A DNA stretch of 64,000 nt from Neocallimastix sp. 'constans' (lineage: Eukaryota). The notes beneath the pieces are model-generated. The model was not told the DNA's origin. It saw only the letters and a program-made list of their open reading frames with translations, and searched no databases. The first letter of the stretch is position 1; each line of letters opens with the position of its first letter. The stretch spans positions 124,001-188,000 of the forward strand of contig JBODTK010000142.1 in NCBI GenBank assembly GCA_050613775.1, in the 5' to 3' direction. Below, in pieces: positions 28,005 through 42,385 of the stretch. The translations under genes and the position numbers were made by a program.

Positions 28005-29837
28005 ATGAAAAATAATAATAGAATTTTATTTTTCTTTTTAATTAGTATATTATTAATTAATATTAATTTTGCTAAAACTTCATCTAATGATGATGAAGCA
28101 ATAACAAAAAAAAGCGAAGATCAAAAATATATTATTGTTGTTAATAATACTTATGGTGAATTTAGTATTTTCTCAAATCCAAATGACAAAAAGAATGTTA
28201 AACGTCAAGAATTAAAATCATATGAATTTGCAATTTCATTAATGGATAAAATTGATGAAATAATTATTGAAAATAAAGACACTTATAAAGATAAAGAAAA
28301 ATTAGAAGAAATTGAAAATCAAAACCTCTTAAGAAAAAGAGATAATGAGGATGAAATAGTAAGTAATTATGATAATTCTTCCTTTGTAAATCCAATTGCA
28401 TCTAATGGTGAGACCTTACTTATTTCTGCTTATCTCTCAAAAGCATTAGTTGAAAAGATTGAAAAAATGGAAAATATTGAAACAGTTTTTCCTGATTTTA
28501 AAATGGAATATGAGAGTTATTATAATACAAATGATATTTTGAAAGAAACTTCCTGGAAAGCATTGAGTGTTCAAGCAAATGCGGATTTACAATTATCAAT
28601 AATTTCACAAGGATTATATAAAGAGGATGTAATTGAAGAATATGACACAAACTATTATTATCCTAATTCAAATGAAGAAGTTGATGTTGTTATAATAGAT
28701 AGTGGATTTGATTTTAGTCATTCTGAATTTAGTAATAGCGAACGAACAGCAGTGTGTAAAGTTTATTTTGTAGGTTCAAAAGCATATAAACCTAGCAAAA
28801 ATAAGAAATGTGGAAGTACAACAATCCTCCATGGTAGGCAAGTAGCTGATGTAGTTGGTGGACGTATACATGGTGTAGCTAAAAAAGCTAATATATATGG
28901 TATTGCTCTTTCCGAAGAAGAGGATGAAACAATATTCAGCAATATAATTTTAGCTTTACAATATGTTAAAGAAAATTTGGTTCGATCTAATAGAACAGTT
29001 ATAAATATGTCTGTTGGAAGAGATTTAGATGCTTCAGATTCATCAGTAAAAAGTATTAATAAAATAATAGATGCAATAACAGCAAACGGAGGTATTATTG
29101 TAGCTTCAAGTGGTAATAGCAATAAAAATGTTAAAAATGGAAGTGTACTTCATATGCCATGTGCATCTAAAAACGTTATTTGTGTTGGAGGAATTAGTTC
29201 ATACCAACTGAATGACGTAAAAAATAAATTCCAAAAATATCAAGATAGTAATTATGGAGATGAAGTAGAAATATATGCACCACATATAGTAAAAGCTAAA
29301 TTAGTTGAAAATGGTGTAGATGATGTAAGATATTACGCTGGAACATCATATGCTGCTGCCATGGTATCTGGAGGTATTGCTACTATTATAAGTGGTTCAA
29401 ATGTTAAATATAATAAAGAAAAAATGTTAACTTTTTTAATGAACAAAGGAATACCATTTAAAGTGAATGGTGTAGAAAAAAAGGTATTTAATAATGGTAA
29501 GCATATTGTATATTCTAAAAATGGTAAATACCATGGATGTGGTGTTAGCGCAGGAAATACATCATGTAGTTATAGATGTGGACCAAACTATGGAAAATGT
29601 GAAGACCAAAGTGCATGCTGTAGTAAAAAAAATTATTGTGGTACTACAAGTGCTTATTGTGGAACAGGCTGTCAACCAAAATATGGTTTATGTACAAGTT
29701 CAGAAGAAGATAGATGTGGATCTGGTTATGGAAGATGTGCTAAAAGTAATGAATGTTGTAGTAAATATGGTTGGTGTGGTACAACAAGTGAATATTGTGG
29801 AACAGGATGTCAATCAAGATATGGTATTTGTAATTAA
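28005..29837 (+). CDS. Secreted subtilisin-like S8 serine protease with prodomain and two C-terminal CBM18 chitin-binding modules; intronless
   Basis: Signal peptide. Catalytic triad motifs IIDSG, HGRQVA and AGTSYAA, with the oxyanion Asn in SSGN. C-terminal RCGPNYGKC...CCSKKNYCG and RCGSGYGRC...CCSKYGWCG. Confidence 0.93.
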   Translation: MKNNNRILFFFLISILLININFAKTSSNDDEAITKKSEDQKYIIVVNNTYGEFSIFSNPNDKKNVKRQELKSYEFAISLMDKIDEIIIENKDTYKDKEKLEEIENQNLLRKRDNEDEIVSNYDNSSFVNPIASNGETLLISAYLSKALVEKIEKMENIETVFPDFKMEYESYYNTNDILKETSWKALSVQANADLQLSIISQGLYKEDVIEEYDTNYYYPNSNEEVDVVIIDSGFDFSHSEFSNSERTAVCKVYFVGSKAYKPSKNKKCGSTTILHGRQVADVVGGRIHGVAKKANIYGIALSEEEDETIFSNIILALQYVKENLVRSNRTVINMSVGRDLDASDSSVKSINKIIDAITANGGIIVASSGNSNKNVKNGSVLHMPCASKNVICVGGISSYQLNDVKNKFQKYQDSNYGDEVEIYAPHIVKAKLVENGVDDVRYYAGTSYAAAMVSGGIATIISGSNVKYNKEKMLTFLMNKGIPFKVNGVEKKVFNNGKHIVYSKNGKYHGCGVSAGNTSCSYRCGPNYGKCEDQSACCSKKNYCGTTSAYCGTGCQPKYGLCTSSEEDRCGSGYGRCAKSNECCSKYGWCGTTSEYCGTGCQSRYGICN

Positions 29838-30712
29838 GTATTAACATTTAAAATTACTATTTGAAAAATAAAAATAAAAATTAAAATTAATTAAATTGAA
29901 ACAATAATATGATGATTAAAAATTTATTATATAATACATTATAAGAAAAATAAATAAAAATAAAAAAATTTTTTATAATAATGGTAATTATTAAAAACTA
30001 AAAAATATATTTTTTTAAAGGAATGTTAATAAAATAAATTATTATTATTAGCATAAAATTAATATAAAATATATAAAAAATTTTTATCATTTATTAATTA
30101 TAAAAATTACGAATGATTATAATATGTGATGTTTATACTCCTTTTTATATTTTAAATATTTAAACGGAATTTAACATTATATAATTAACAAAAAGATTAA
30201 ATAACAGAAAAAAATTTAATAAAATAAAAAATTATATGTATTTATATAGATTAAAAAAAAAAAAAAAATTAATTATCAAAAATAAGTAATAATTATTATA
30301 ATGAAAAAAAAAATTTTTTTTTTTAGGAAATATTTTATAATTATTAGTAATATAAAAAAATGTAAAAAGTTTATAATTTCTATTCTAAAAAAAAAAAAAA
30401 AAAAGGAAAATTTATAAAATATTATTAGATAAAATAGTTGAAATATAAATATTAAGAATAGATAAAATAAAACAAAAATAAAAATTAAAATATAAATAAA
30501 AATTAAAATAAAAATAAATAAAATAAAAACACTTAAAAAACTTCGATAGACTGTTGTTCTACTTTAATATTTACATTATTTTATTTTTATTAATAATTTA
30601 CTCTAATATTTACATTATTTTATTTTTATTAATAATTTACTCTTTTAACAACTTTACTGTTGAATAGCATAAAATAAAATGAAGTATGTTTCTTTCATTT
30701 TATTTTATGTTA

Positions 30713-31200
30713 TTCAGTCTGTACTTTCTTTCTATATATTCTACTATATATTCTATTTTATTCTATTTTATACAGTATGTACTTTCTTTATATTCTTCTA
30801 TTTATTATATTTTTTATTCAGTCTGTACTTTTTTACTTAATATTTAATTATTTATTTTATTTTATTTTATTTTATTTTATTCAATCTGTACTATATATTC
30901 ATATTCTACTATTTATTTTATTTTATTTTATTTTATTTTATTTAATTCAATCTGTACTATATATTCATATTCTACTATTTATTTTATTTTATTTTATTTT
31001 ATTTTATTTTATTCAATCTGTACTATATATTCATATTCTACTATTTATTTTATTTTATTTTATTTTATTTTATTTATTTTATTTTATTTTATTTTATTTA
31101 TTTTTTTTATTTTGTTTTTTTGTATCCAATCTATACTTTATATTTATATTTGAACTACTTAACCTTATTTTATTTGAACTACTTAACCTTATTTTATTTT
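30713..31200. repeat. Compound minisatellite: TTCAATCTGTACTATATATTCATATTCTACTA unit alternating with (TTTTA)n
   Basis: Several copies are visible and closely related to the array at 49887-50890. A 23-bp imperfect inverted repeat (30661-30716) precedes it. Confidence 0.85.
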
Positions 31201-31336
31201 ATTTTATTTATTTTATTTTTTGATATAAAAAATAACTATGTTTTGTATTTTATTAATTTTTTATTTTTTTTATCCCTAAAAAGAAATTCACAGTATTTTA
31301 ACCTCTGTATTACCTGGAGTATTAATATTTGGAAAT

Positions 31337-31378
<42 letters not shown>

Positions 31379-31379
31379 A

Positions 31380-32830
31380 TTGATAAACGAGACGGACTTA
31401 TCATTTTAATTCAATTGTTAATCCTATTTTCATTTGTCTTCAAAAAGTCGGTAATAGTTCATTCCTGAATTCTTTCTCTAATTCTTATCCATTTCTCAAT
31501 CATTTAGGAACAATACTGAGATGTGTAAACATTAAAATCCTTAGTATACGAAGCCTTCATATTGGTAATCCACAATTAATGCCACTAATGATATTTTAGA
31601 ATATAGAAATATACTCTCATTAAATTTAGTTTCCTTTTGGGGTGTTCGATGTACAAATCATATAAGTTCCGAGCAAAAAACATAAAGACTCTTGAGATAA
31701 AGAGAAAACTAACTTTAATAATAACTCAAGAATCACCAGAATAATCCTTCTTCTTTTATTGGAGGTTTCAACATGACTAAGCAGCAATTCAAAAATCTTA
31801 TTCGTAGAATTTCTTCTCAATTGTTTGTTTTGGTTATGGCTGGTCACCAGTTTACTTGGTATAATGGTGAAAGGAATTTTTGTATTGACTCTATAGTTAT
31901 TAATGATAAATTAAGAGATTATCTGAATATTGCTTCTGTATGCAACTCTTTTAATGATATCTCTGACTATTTAATATTTATTATTCATTTTTTTAAAAAA
32001 ACTATCTCCTGATGGTTTTACTATGGCCTCCTTGTAAGAAAATTAAATGGTCTAGTCGAATTTGTAAGGATAAACATGAAGCATTTTTCTCTTATAATAA
32101 ATTCACATGTTTGATTTGAATATAATAATAATAATCTAGACTCTAATGTAATGATAAATGTAATTACTGAAAGAAAAAAGTGTTGTTGCAGCGTATTTGC
32201 TGATAATAATGTCTTATTAGCTCCTACTAAATCATCACTTAAAAACATATTAAATAAAGCTCAAGATTGTGATATCAAAAATAAAATTATTTTTGGTATC
32301 AGTAAATGCGCTACACATGTTATTAAACTAAAGAACACTATACCTTCAAGACATTATGAAAATTCTATATCTAAGCTTGGTATGAACCATCTACCAAGTA
32401 CTATTCAATATATATATCTTGGAATGAATTTCAATAGATCATCAGATTTAGAACCAATTATTACCAAAGTACTAAGGCGATGATTTGATGATTTAAAATG
32501 TGGAAAGAGTCTTCTTGTATTATTTCTCATTTTATTAAAAATATACCAACACTTTCACATTATACATGAAATTAAATGTAAATTCAAATTTGATGTGAAA
32601 CCTTTAAATAAAAAAGTAAATTAGTGTCAGAAGATTACCCATATGTTGTCCTTGTTGTGGTGAAAGTTACGGTATATCTAGTTTTGAATACTTAATACTT
32701 ATATGTCCTAAATTTTATGAATTTAGACAACGATTCATTCAATTTGTTGATGAAAATTTTATTATTTTTCTCTGATTGTTTTATGAGAAATCATTGAACA
32801 TTCTTAATTTCTTTTATTTAAAAATTTCTT
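31380..32830 (+). mobile_element. Degraded, internally deleted LINE (endonuclease, RT and Zn-knuckle remnants)
   Basis: FTWYNGERNFCIDSIVIN (endonuclease), KKCCCSVFADNNVLLAPT...FGISKCAT...YIYLG (RT) and a CPCCG remnant near 32645, all matching the intact LINE protein. Confidence 0.85.
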
Positions 32831-32888
32831 TTTATTAATATTTTTTTATTTTATTATATTTTATTCAATCTAGTTATATTATTGTAAC

Positions 32889-33281
<393 letters not shown>

Positions 33282-33299
33282 CATTTATAATTTAGATAA

Positions 33300-34100
33300 A
33301 GAAAATATAATTAAAAGATATTTTATTTTGTTGTAAATTATTGGATGTGTTTTTAAGTGATATGAATTATTATTAAAAATATAAGTTGTTATCCTTCTTG
33401 AATTCCTTATATATGGTATAAAATTTTTTTGAAAAAGTAGGATCGCCTTTTGTCATCTGAGATATATGAATTAATCCGAGGATTTTTTTTTTTTTTTTTA
33501 GAAAAATTGAATTAGAATTATGAATTGAATTGATTGTTGAATTAAATGTCTAGAGAGAAATGCTGAACAAAAAAAAAAAAAAAAAAAAAAACTAATGAAC
33601 TAAGTAGTTTGAAAGAATTTTTTTCTATATTTTTTTCTATTTTTGTCTGTTGGGTTAAATTTAATTCTGATATTGAATTATTAGATTTTTTTAATATTAA
33701 TGAATCATTAATAGCATATTGGAAGTGTCATCTTTTATTATGATTATTTTAAGGAATAGAACCCAACCATAATGATAAAAAATAATAGAGAATTGTAAAT
33801 AAAAAAAAAAAAAAACATTTATTATTTCTATATAGTGATGTACTGTAATAGATCCAATAGATAAGTTTAAAAATAAAGTTTAGATTTATTTATTACTGTC
33901 TTAAATAGTTTGTACTTTATTTGAGTTAACACATAGTACGCATTTTAATAGAATGTTAATTTTTTAAGAAGGATATATTTTGATTAATTCAATATTGTAA
34001 TGGCAATAACTTATACTTAAAGATTAAGCTTCAATATTTAAAGTGTTGATTTCTTTAGTGTTATATTTATTATTCAAAATATATTAATTTCTTTTGTTGA
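33300..34100 (-). mobile_element. Possible 5' remnant of a LINE (endonuclease N-terminus)
   Basis: Minus strand near 33395-33480 reads INSYISDDKRRSYFFKKILYHI*GIQE, resembling WNINGWNTEKRDSI...CLQE of the intact LINE. Highly degraded. Confidence 0.35.
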
Positions 34101-34660
34101 AATCCATAATTTAAAGTGTTACTGTTATTAGACATAGTATTTAAAATTTTTATTTTAAACTTTACCCAAAATTAGTTGTCTATTTATCTATTTTTTTTTT
34201 TTTTATTTATTTTATTTATATATTTTTTTTCACTTTATTTTTTTTACTTTATATTTACGTTTATACTTAATCTTTTCAAAAATTTATATAAAAAAATAAT
34301 TGATTCGATTTTTAAAAATATTATCATATTAGAAATTATTTTTATTAATTGTAAAGAAAAAAAATTATTAAAAATATTACGAAAAAAGTAATTTTTTTAA
34401 ATAAGAAATAGTATATTAATATTGTATAATTTAAAAGATTATATTATTATTAATCATTTATATTTAAATGTATTATTTATAAATGAAAATATATCTTAAT
34501 AATAATTTATTAAAAAAATACATGATAAAAAAAAAAATAAAAAATACATGAAATTTATTTTTCCTTTTTTTTAATATTAAAATATTATTTTTTTATCATT
34601 ACATCATTAGTTAAATACAAATAATAGAATATAAAATATTTTATTTTCATAAATCATACA

Positions 34661-35085
34661 TTTTTATTCTTTTTTTTTTTAGACTGGGATTAACGAGAGG
34701 AGAGAACAATAGGATCTCCAGTCTCTCCATTAAACATATCAGACTCTCATTGGGTTCTTTGCCATACCATTTCGACTCAGACCTCTCTCTAAGAAAGGCT
34801 AATATGAAAAACATTCTCTATACACCGCTTTATACGACGGGAACCTTTTCAGTGATATCTTGAACTATCATCGAGAAAGGAACAACCACACTAACCCTCT
34901 CATATATCATTGGTTCTCTACACTAGTAATTATATAGTCTAGCAAAAAGAGTATTTACCATGGCGAGCGAATACCAGTTTCATTTATAGGGAAAAACACC
35001 ATGGGAGGATGAAAATCACCCTATATGAATTCAGGATGTAGTCGCTGGGTCGATCCAAAAACCTTATGTAAGTCCCGAGTACTAA
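34661..35085 (-). mobile_element. SINE-like retroposon C with A-rich tail and 13-bp TSD
   Basis: TSD CATAAATCATACA at 34648-34660 and 35086-35098. The 3' end is CCCAGTCT-poly(A). It shares CGAAATGGTATGGCA and GTCTGATAT with SINE D. Confidence 0.8.
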
Positions 35086-35523
35086 CATAAATCATACAAA
35101 TAAGATAAATAAAACTTCTTTTATAATCTAATAATAATACATTAAAATATAATTATTTATATTTATTATTTATATTTATAAAATTATTTATAAAATTCAT
35201 TACAAGAATAATGTCATAGAATTAGAATGAAATATATTTCAAAAAAATAAACAATTTTTATTAACAATATTATTTAAAAATATAATTTTTATATTAATAT
35301 TTAAATATTTAATTGCAATAAAATTTTTTTATATAAAAAAATTTATATAAAAAAAAATTCCATATTCAATATATATAATTATTTTTATTAAGTTTTTTTT
35401 TTTTAAAAAAAAAAATAAAACTATCTATATATATAAATTCTATAAATTATAATATTAAAATTATATATATATATAATTTTAATTTAACAATATATATAAT
35501 TTTAATATTATACATAAATATAA

Positions 35524-36430
35524 TTTTTTTTTTTTATTTTAGACTTGAAAGAGAATACACTTCCAGTGATTTATTAAATAGATTAAAATATTTTAATGTA
35601 TTAACATTTTTTAAAAAATACATTATATAATTAAGATAAAAAAAATAAAATGTATGTAAAAGATAAAGTAAAACAAAAAAAAAAAAAAATAAAAAATAAA
35701 ATTAAACATAAACAAATTTTAATTAATAGAAAATTTAATGTAATAAAAAATAAAAATAAGTTCAAAAGTTAAAAAAATTTCGGTGTGATGTATACTATGT
35801 GTAGTGACATGATCACCAGTTAAATCTAAAATAATAAAACAAGGAAGTAACATCTTTAAAATAGATAATGTGGTATCCACTAAACTCTCCCCTAAACCAC
35901 AAAAAAAAATCATCAAAAGTTGAATTACTTACTAAGGATTCTGTGTTCGAAACTGTGCTTTTAGTAAATGTGTATTGATGAGAATTAACAGGAGTACTAA
36001 ACTGCACTATTCCTTTGTCATATCGTTACGACATCGGCACTCTGGGCAATGAAAATGTTTTTGCTAAACCTCTCAAAAAGTAATTCAAAAAGCTACTGAT
36101 GATCGGTATTGTATTAGCAAGATATTCCGCAAGCCCTACAATATACGGAACAGTTGACCCCTGTGAACTTTTAAGGTGTTGTTCACTTAAATGTCCCCGT
36201 TCCCCAGTATCGAGATGTAGCTCATCTAAAGCTGAAATTTCACCAAGAAGGAATCCGTTTATGAAATTTTCATATTCTAAAATACTGGAATAAGAAGGAA
36301 GTAAGGAAAGATTCCTTACTTTATTGACAAATAAAATGAATAAATCATCGATAAAATCTAAAAATTTATATCGACATAATAAAAAGGTAGAGCATTCAAA
36401 TATCCAATAGATAAAAGATTATTCACCTTT
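35524..36430 (-). mobile_element. 5'-truncated LINE copy related to the intact element
   Basis: VPYIVGLAEYLANTIPIISSF and GESLVDTTLSILKMLL match the C-terminus of ORF 53248-57411. It has the same 3' end type, GGAAGTGTATTCTCTTTCAAGTCT-poly(A). Confidence 0.9.
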
Positions 36431-37023
36431 TTATATAAATATAATAAAATAAACATTTAATTAAATTAAATTTAATAATATAATATATCTATTTGTTAAT
36501 TTTTTTTTATCAATTTTATTATTAAAATATAGTTGATTTCTTTTTAATATAAATGAAATGAAATTAACTGTAAAGAAAAAACAAATGAAAGAAAATTATA
36601 ATTTATAATAAATACAAAAATAATAGAATATAGTATGTAAATAAAAAAATTTAAAAAGAATTTACTAAAAATTATAAAATAAAAAAGTAAAAGATAAAAG
36701 ATATAACGCAAAAAATAAAATAAAATAAAATAAATAATAATATAATAATTGTTTTTATTATATTATTAAAAATATATTTATTATAATTGTTATTATAATA
36801 AATATATTTTTATATCATTATACAATATTATATATATATATATATATAATATTTATTGTAATTAAAAACGTTTTAAAATAAAATTAAATATAAAAAAATA
36901 TTTATTATTTATTAATTAATTAATTAATTAATTATTATTGTATACTTTTATTATTATCATTATCATTATTATTTTATTTATATCTATTATATATATATAT
37001 AATAAAACTTTAAATATATATAT

Positions 37024-37289
37024 TTAAAGTTTTATTCTTTTATTATGAAGAGTGGGATCGTTCAAAGAAGGGGGATCATGAGGAATAAATAAGGAAGGTT
37101 TTGTCGAGTCTTCATTATTATTTTTTGAAAAAGATGATACAGGTAAATATGAAGTAGTATTTTGAAAGTTGGAAAGATCTTTATCCTTAATGGATGAATA
37201 TGTCATAATGCAATCTTTCCTATTCTTAATTTCTATATTATTAATATTAATATTAATATTATTATTACTATTATTACTATTATTATTAC

Positions 37290-37386
<97 letters not shown>

Positions 37387-37523
37387 ATTGCTTGTATTAT
37401 TATTGGTTTTGCTGTTGTTCTTATTATTATTTGTGTTTCCATTATCACTGGTATTATTATTGTTACGAATATTCTTTTTATTCTTGTTACTCTTATTATT
37501 ATTACTTTTATTATTACTATTAC

Positions 37524-37586
<63 letters not shown>

Positions 37587-38067
37587 CATTCTTATTATTT
37601 CTATTATTTTTATTCTTATTCTTTGCTTTATTATTTCCAATAGCTGCCTCTGAAGAATTATTTTCATCATCCTTATCATCTTCCTCATCATCAGGAATAA
37701 GTATTCGCATAGCTTCCATGATCCATTCCATACAATATTCATCATATCCCAATCGAATATGGAAATGATCAACTGCCATACCAATTTTCATTGATTCATC
37801 ATCACCGTTAAAGAAGGAAATAGTAGTATTCATTTCCTTTTCCTTTTTCCTATTCTTTTCTCTTTCCCTCCAGAGAGCTTCAATTTTCATGATACTTTCT
37901 TTTGCTGATGGAATTAGCTGAGAAGGAGAATTAATAAATTTTGCTAGTGAAATGTCTTCACTAGTAACATTAATTTTTTCTTGAGAAATCACAGATAATA
38001 AAGATGAAGAAGTTGATATTTCACCACCAGAAATATCATTATTATTTTTATTACTATTAATTGTAAT

Positions 38068-38098
<31 letters not shown>

Positions 38099-39138
38099 TT
38101 ATTATTTTTATTATTATTATTATTTTTATTATTATTATTATTATTATTATTGGTGGTGGTAGTGGTGTTGGTATTAGTGGTGATAATAGTAACATTATTG
38201 GAGGTTGAAGAAGAAGGAAGGGTTAATGAATTAGATATAGAATCTTGTTTTCCTTTAATATTTCTTATATTTAAACGAGCATGATAAGGAACGATAGGAA
38301 GAGCATCAAAAATAGGACTATAAAGTAAATCAGAAAGATTTTCTCCTTCAGAATTAAAAACTGGGAATAATGGAACTTTTGGATATCTTTGAGAGAAGTG
38401 TGTTAAAAGGAGAAATTTTGCTTTCATACTATAATTATAAAATAAAAGTTTATATTTTATTTTATTTTGTTTTGTTACATTTTATTTTATTTTATTATAT
38501 ATGTAATAATAATAATAATAATAATATAATTAAAAAAAAAAAAAAATTGATTAATAGATAAATAAATTAAAGGATATATAAGAAAATTGTTATTTCTCAA
38601 AATAACAATAATATCAATTTTTAAATGAAAATAATATATAAAATAATATATAAAAGATATATATGCATTATATCTCTCATTTATTATTTATTATTTATTA
38701 TTTATTATTTATTATTTATTATTTTTTCTATTTACCATCTACCCACGGTACAAGCTTCATTAATAGTACAATGAAATTTTTTAAGAGCCTCCTCTCCTAA
38801 TTCACTTTCAAAAGTAGATTCATGAATTAATACATCTGCACCCATACCAGCACGAATAAATTCACGATTAGGTCGACAATCACCTGAATAAGCGATTCGT
38901 ATAGATTTGGCGGGATGAGTAGAAGTTTCAAGACTACAATCTCTATAATCAAAAACGATAGCACAAGCACCTCGAACATGCATAACTGGAACTGTCTCAA
39001 TCTTTGACATATTTAAATAATCTAAAATTTCAGAATATCTAATTAATAAATAAATAAACATATTATATATATAGTTAAATATTGAATTAAGTAATTAAAT
39101 AAGATCAATTATTAAATATATCTATATATTTATATTAA

Positions 39139-39173
<35 letters not shown>

Positions 39174-42100
39174 TTTCTTTTCCATATTTATATATTTACT
39201 TTTCATATTTATCAGTAAACTTATTAAATAAGAGATAACAGGGAACCACTTTAATAAAAGAATGTAATCCAATCTCTTGAATCACGGAATATTCTTCTAA
39301 CCAAATATTAAATTTTTCTGGAGCGATTATATATAATGGATTTTCGGATGTTCTATTTAAGGACGCCATCTTATAAATAATAATAGTGATTATAATAGTG
39401 ATTTAATATTAATTGAATACAGTATTATTATTAAATAATTGGATATAATTAATAATAAGTAATCAATAAAAGTTTAATAAATAAAATATATATATAATTT
39501 TTTTGTTTTTGTTTTGTTTTGTTTTGTTTAAATAATAATGAATAATAATTAATAATTAATAATTAATTATTTAATTAATACATAATACTTACTACAGATA
39601 ATAAATTCATCATTCCTAAATGATGATCAGCATGAATATGTGATATGAAAATCATTTTAAGATGTGGAAGAATTTCATTTAGAGTTTTTTCAGGACCGAA
39701 ATGACGAGAAATCTGACCAAGGGTACCTTCACCAGCATCTAATAAAATATTTCCATTTCTTTTTGATAAAATAATAGTAGAACTTACTATATAAAAAATA
39801 ATTATAATAATAAGATAAAATAAAAATATTAATATTAATGAAATTTATTTAAATATTATATATATAAAGTATTATAAAGTATTTAAATATTTTTTTTTCT
39901 TTTTAAATTTTTTCCAAGTTTTTATTTTTATTTTTTTTTTATTACCATTTCTATATTTAGATGGAAGCGCTGATCCTGTTCCTAAAGTAACAATTTCAAT
40001 ATCTGAAGCGGTAGGGAAAGTAGGGAAAGGATGTTCCTGACGCCAATGTTCAATACAGGATTTTAAGTGTTGAATCACTTTAGCATTATTTGTTAATTTA
40101 TTAATAATTTTATCAGGGATGAATTCAAAACTAAAATTTTCCTTTACTTTAGAATAATCCAAACGTTCTTTTGGTTCCATATGAATTTGAAGATTATTAC
40201 AAGCAGAATACATATTTTTCGGAAGAAGATGAGATAAAGAACAGAGAGGTTCTTTTATTTCATTATTAAAGTATAAGAGAGGGAAGGTATTTGAATCAAC
40301 TTGATGTAATTTATATTGCATATAGGAATTGGAAAGGAAATTAATATGTTCTGAACAGTAGTTATTACTAGCAATAATATGCTATATAAAAAAAAAAATA
40401 AAAATTAAATTAAAATAATATATAAAAAAATAAAAATAAAAAACAATAATTAAATAAATTAAATAATAATAATAATAATAATAATAATGATATAAATGAA
40501 AATTAATAAATGAATTAAAAATATTTTTTTATGATTTCTCTTATTAATAATAATAATAATAATAATAATAAACCAAAAAAAAAAAAAAAAAAAAAAACTT
40601 ACATTACAATTCTCAGGAAATTGTTTCATCCAAGATTGATATGAAGGATCCTTTAAAATTAAAGGATCTCCTAAAATATGAATAATATTTCTAGTATAAG
40701 GGTGTACTTTTGGATCACGAAAACAATCCTGTTGAATTAATGAAGGAATATGATCCAGGGAAGGACAATCCACTACTATAAAAATAGAAGATATCTTATC
40801 TGGTTCTTTTACTTGTTCTGGTCGTACAACAGTACCATCACTTGTTGTAACACATTCTCCTCGTGATAATAAACCTGTTGAATAAATAATAATAATGATA
40901 ATAATAATAATAATAATAAATGAAAGGAATAAAATATAAATAAATATTATTAATATGCATATATTTATTATTTTTACATTTATAACTGATGTTACTTTTT
41001 TTTTTTTTTTTATTTTTATTATTAATTTATTTACCAAATTGTTTTCCTGGAATTACTCCTAATGCTTTCGCTTTCTGAGGATTAAATTTTCCTGGTACAA
41101 TATGTCCCTGGCAAATATAACATAAAGAATAATCTTGGGTATATGGTTGATTAATTTTAACATTTCTATAATCATCCAGATAAAATACATTTTCTTTATT
41201 ATTATTATTATTATTGCTCTTGTAATTTTTATTGTTATCATTTTTATCATTATTATTACTATGATCATTCTTCTCTTTGGTAGTATTCTTATTTTCATCA
41301 TTATCGCCATTATTATTATGATTTTCTATAAATTCTGAAGTATAAGGTATTTCTACATCATTTTTAATTATTTTTGAAGATTTTAAAGTGCCGATGGATT
41401 TACCTGAAAACATACTTTTTAAAATTTTTCTATTTAATATATTGGAATGAATAAGATTATTGACTACTGGTATTTTTCTTTTAAAACTATTAGTACTATC
41501 ATCATCGCTATTATTATTATTATTATTATTGAGATTGGAAGAGGGTTCATTTTGAGTAACCTTTGAAGAATAAATAGGTACAGGAATGATAGTAAGATTT
41601 TCATCAACATATTTTTCAGTAGAAGATAAGAATTCATGAACTCTAAAATTAACTTGAGACCTATAAAAATATTAGAAAGAAAAACATTTTAATATTATAA
41701 ATAAAAAGTTTAAAATGAAATTATAATTAAATATATAATTAAAAGAAATATCATTATAAAATTTAAAAAATATATATATATAAAAATTAAAAATAAAAAA
41801 TATAAATAATTAAATATTAAGTATAACATTTTTTTTTTTTTTTTACCTTTGTAAGAAATTTCTAGAACCAACAAAACATTTTAATAAATTTTGAGGTCCA
41901 TGAATACCGAATTCTTTTGTACCAGAATCAGCCAAAGTTAAAATCATTCCTTTTATATATATAATTATTATTAATGAATTAAAAATAAAAAAAATAGATA
42001 ACAGTATATAATAAAAATAAAAATTTAATATTATTATAATTGTTATATTGTTATATAAAATTTATTTAAGTTAATTTATTTCTAAAAAAAATGAAATTTC

Positions 42101-42385
42101 GAAATTTCTAATTTCAAAAAATTTTATAATGAATTTTTTTTTTGAATATAATTATTATTTTAATACAAAATACAAATATATACCTGGTAAACCTCCAATA
42201 TTTCCCCATATACTTCTAGTAAAAAATAAATTTTTTATTTTTCCCAAGTGAATTTTATTTTCATTGATAAGACGTTGAGTACCTTCACTACAATTGAAAA
42301 GATATCGTTGAGAATCAAAATGGACAATAAATGCCGGTGAAGAATCAGGAGTTTTCGTACTTAAAAATTGTATATAATATTTCAT
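37024..42385 (-). CDS. TRZ1: Long-form ribonuclease Z (tRNA 3' processing endonuclease)
   Basis: About nine GT-AG exons. Motifs: RYLFNCSEGTQR, NIGGLPGM, PGKFNPQKAKALGVIPG (flexible arm), TLGTGSALPSKYRNVS, ILLDAGEGT, FISHIHADHHLG (HxHxDH), YSGDCRP, LIHESTF, LTHFSQRYPK. Confidence 0.95.

Noticed and set aside
29570..29834. Fungal cellulosome dockerin (CBM10-like) domains
   Set aside because: The Cys spacing and CCSxxxxCG motif are hevein/CBM18, not dockerin.
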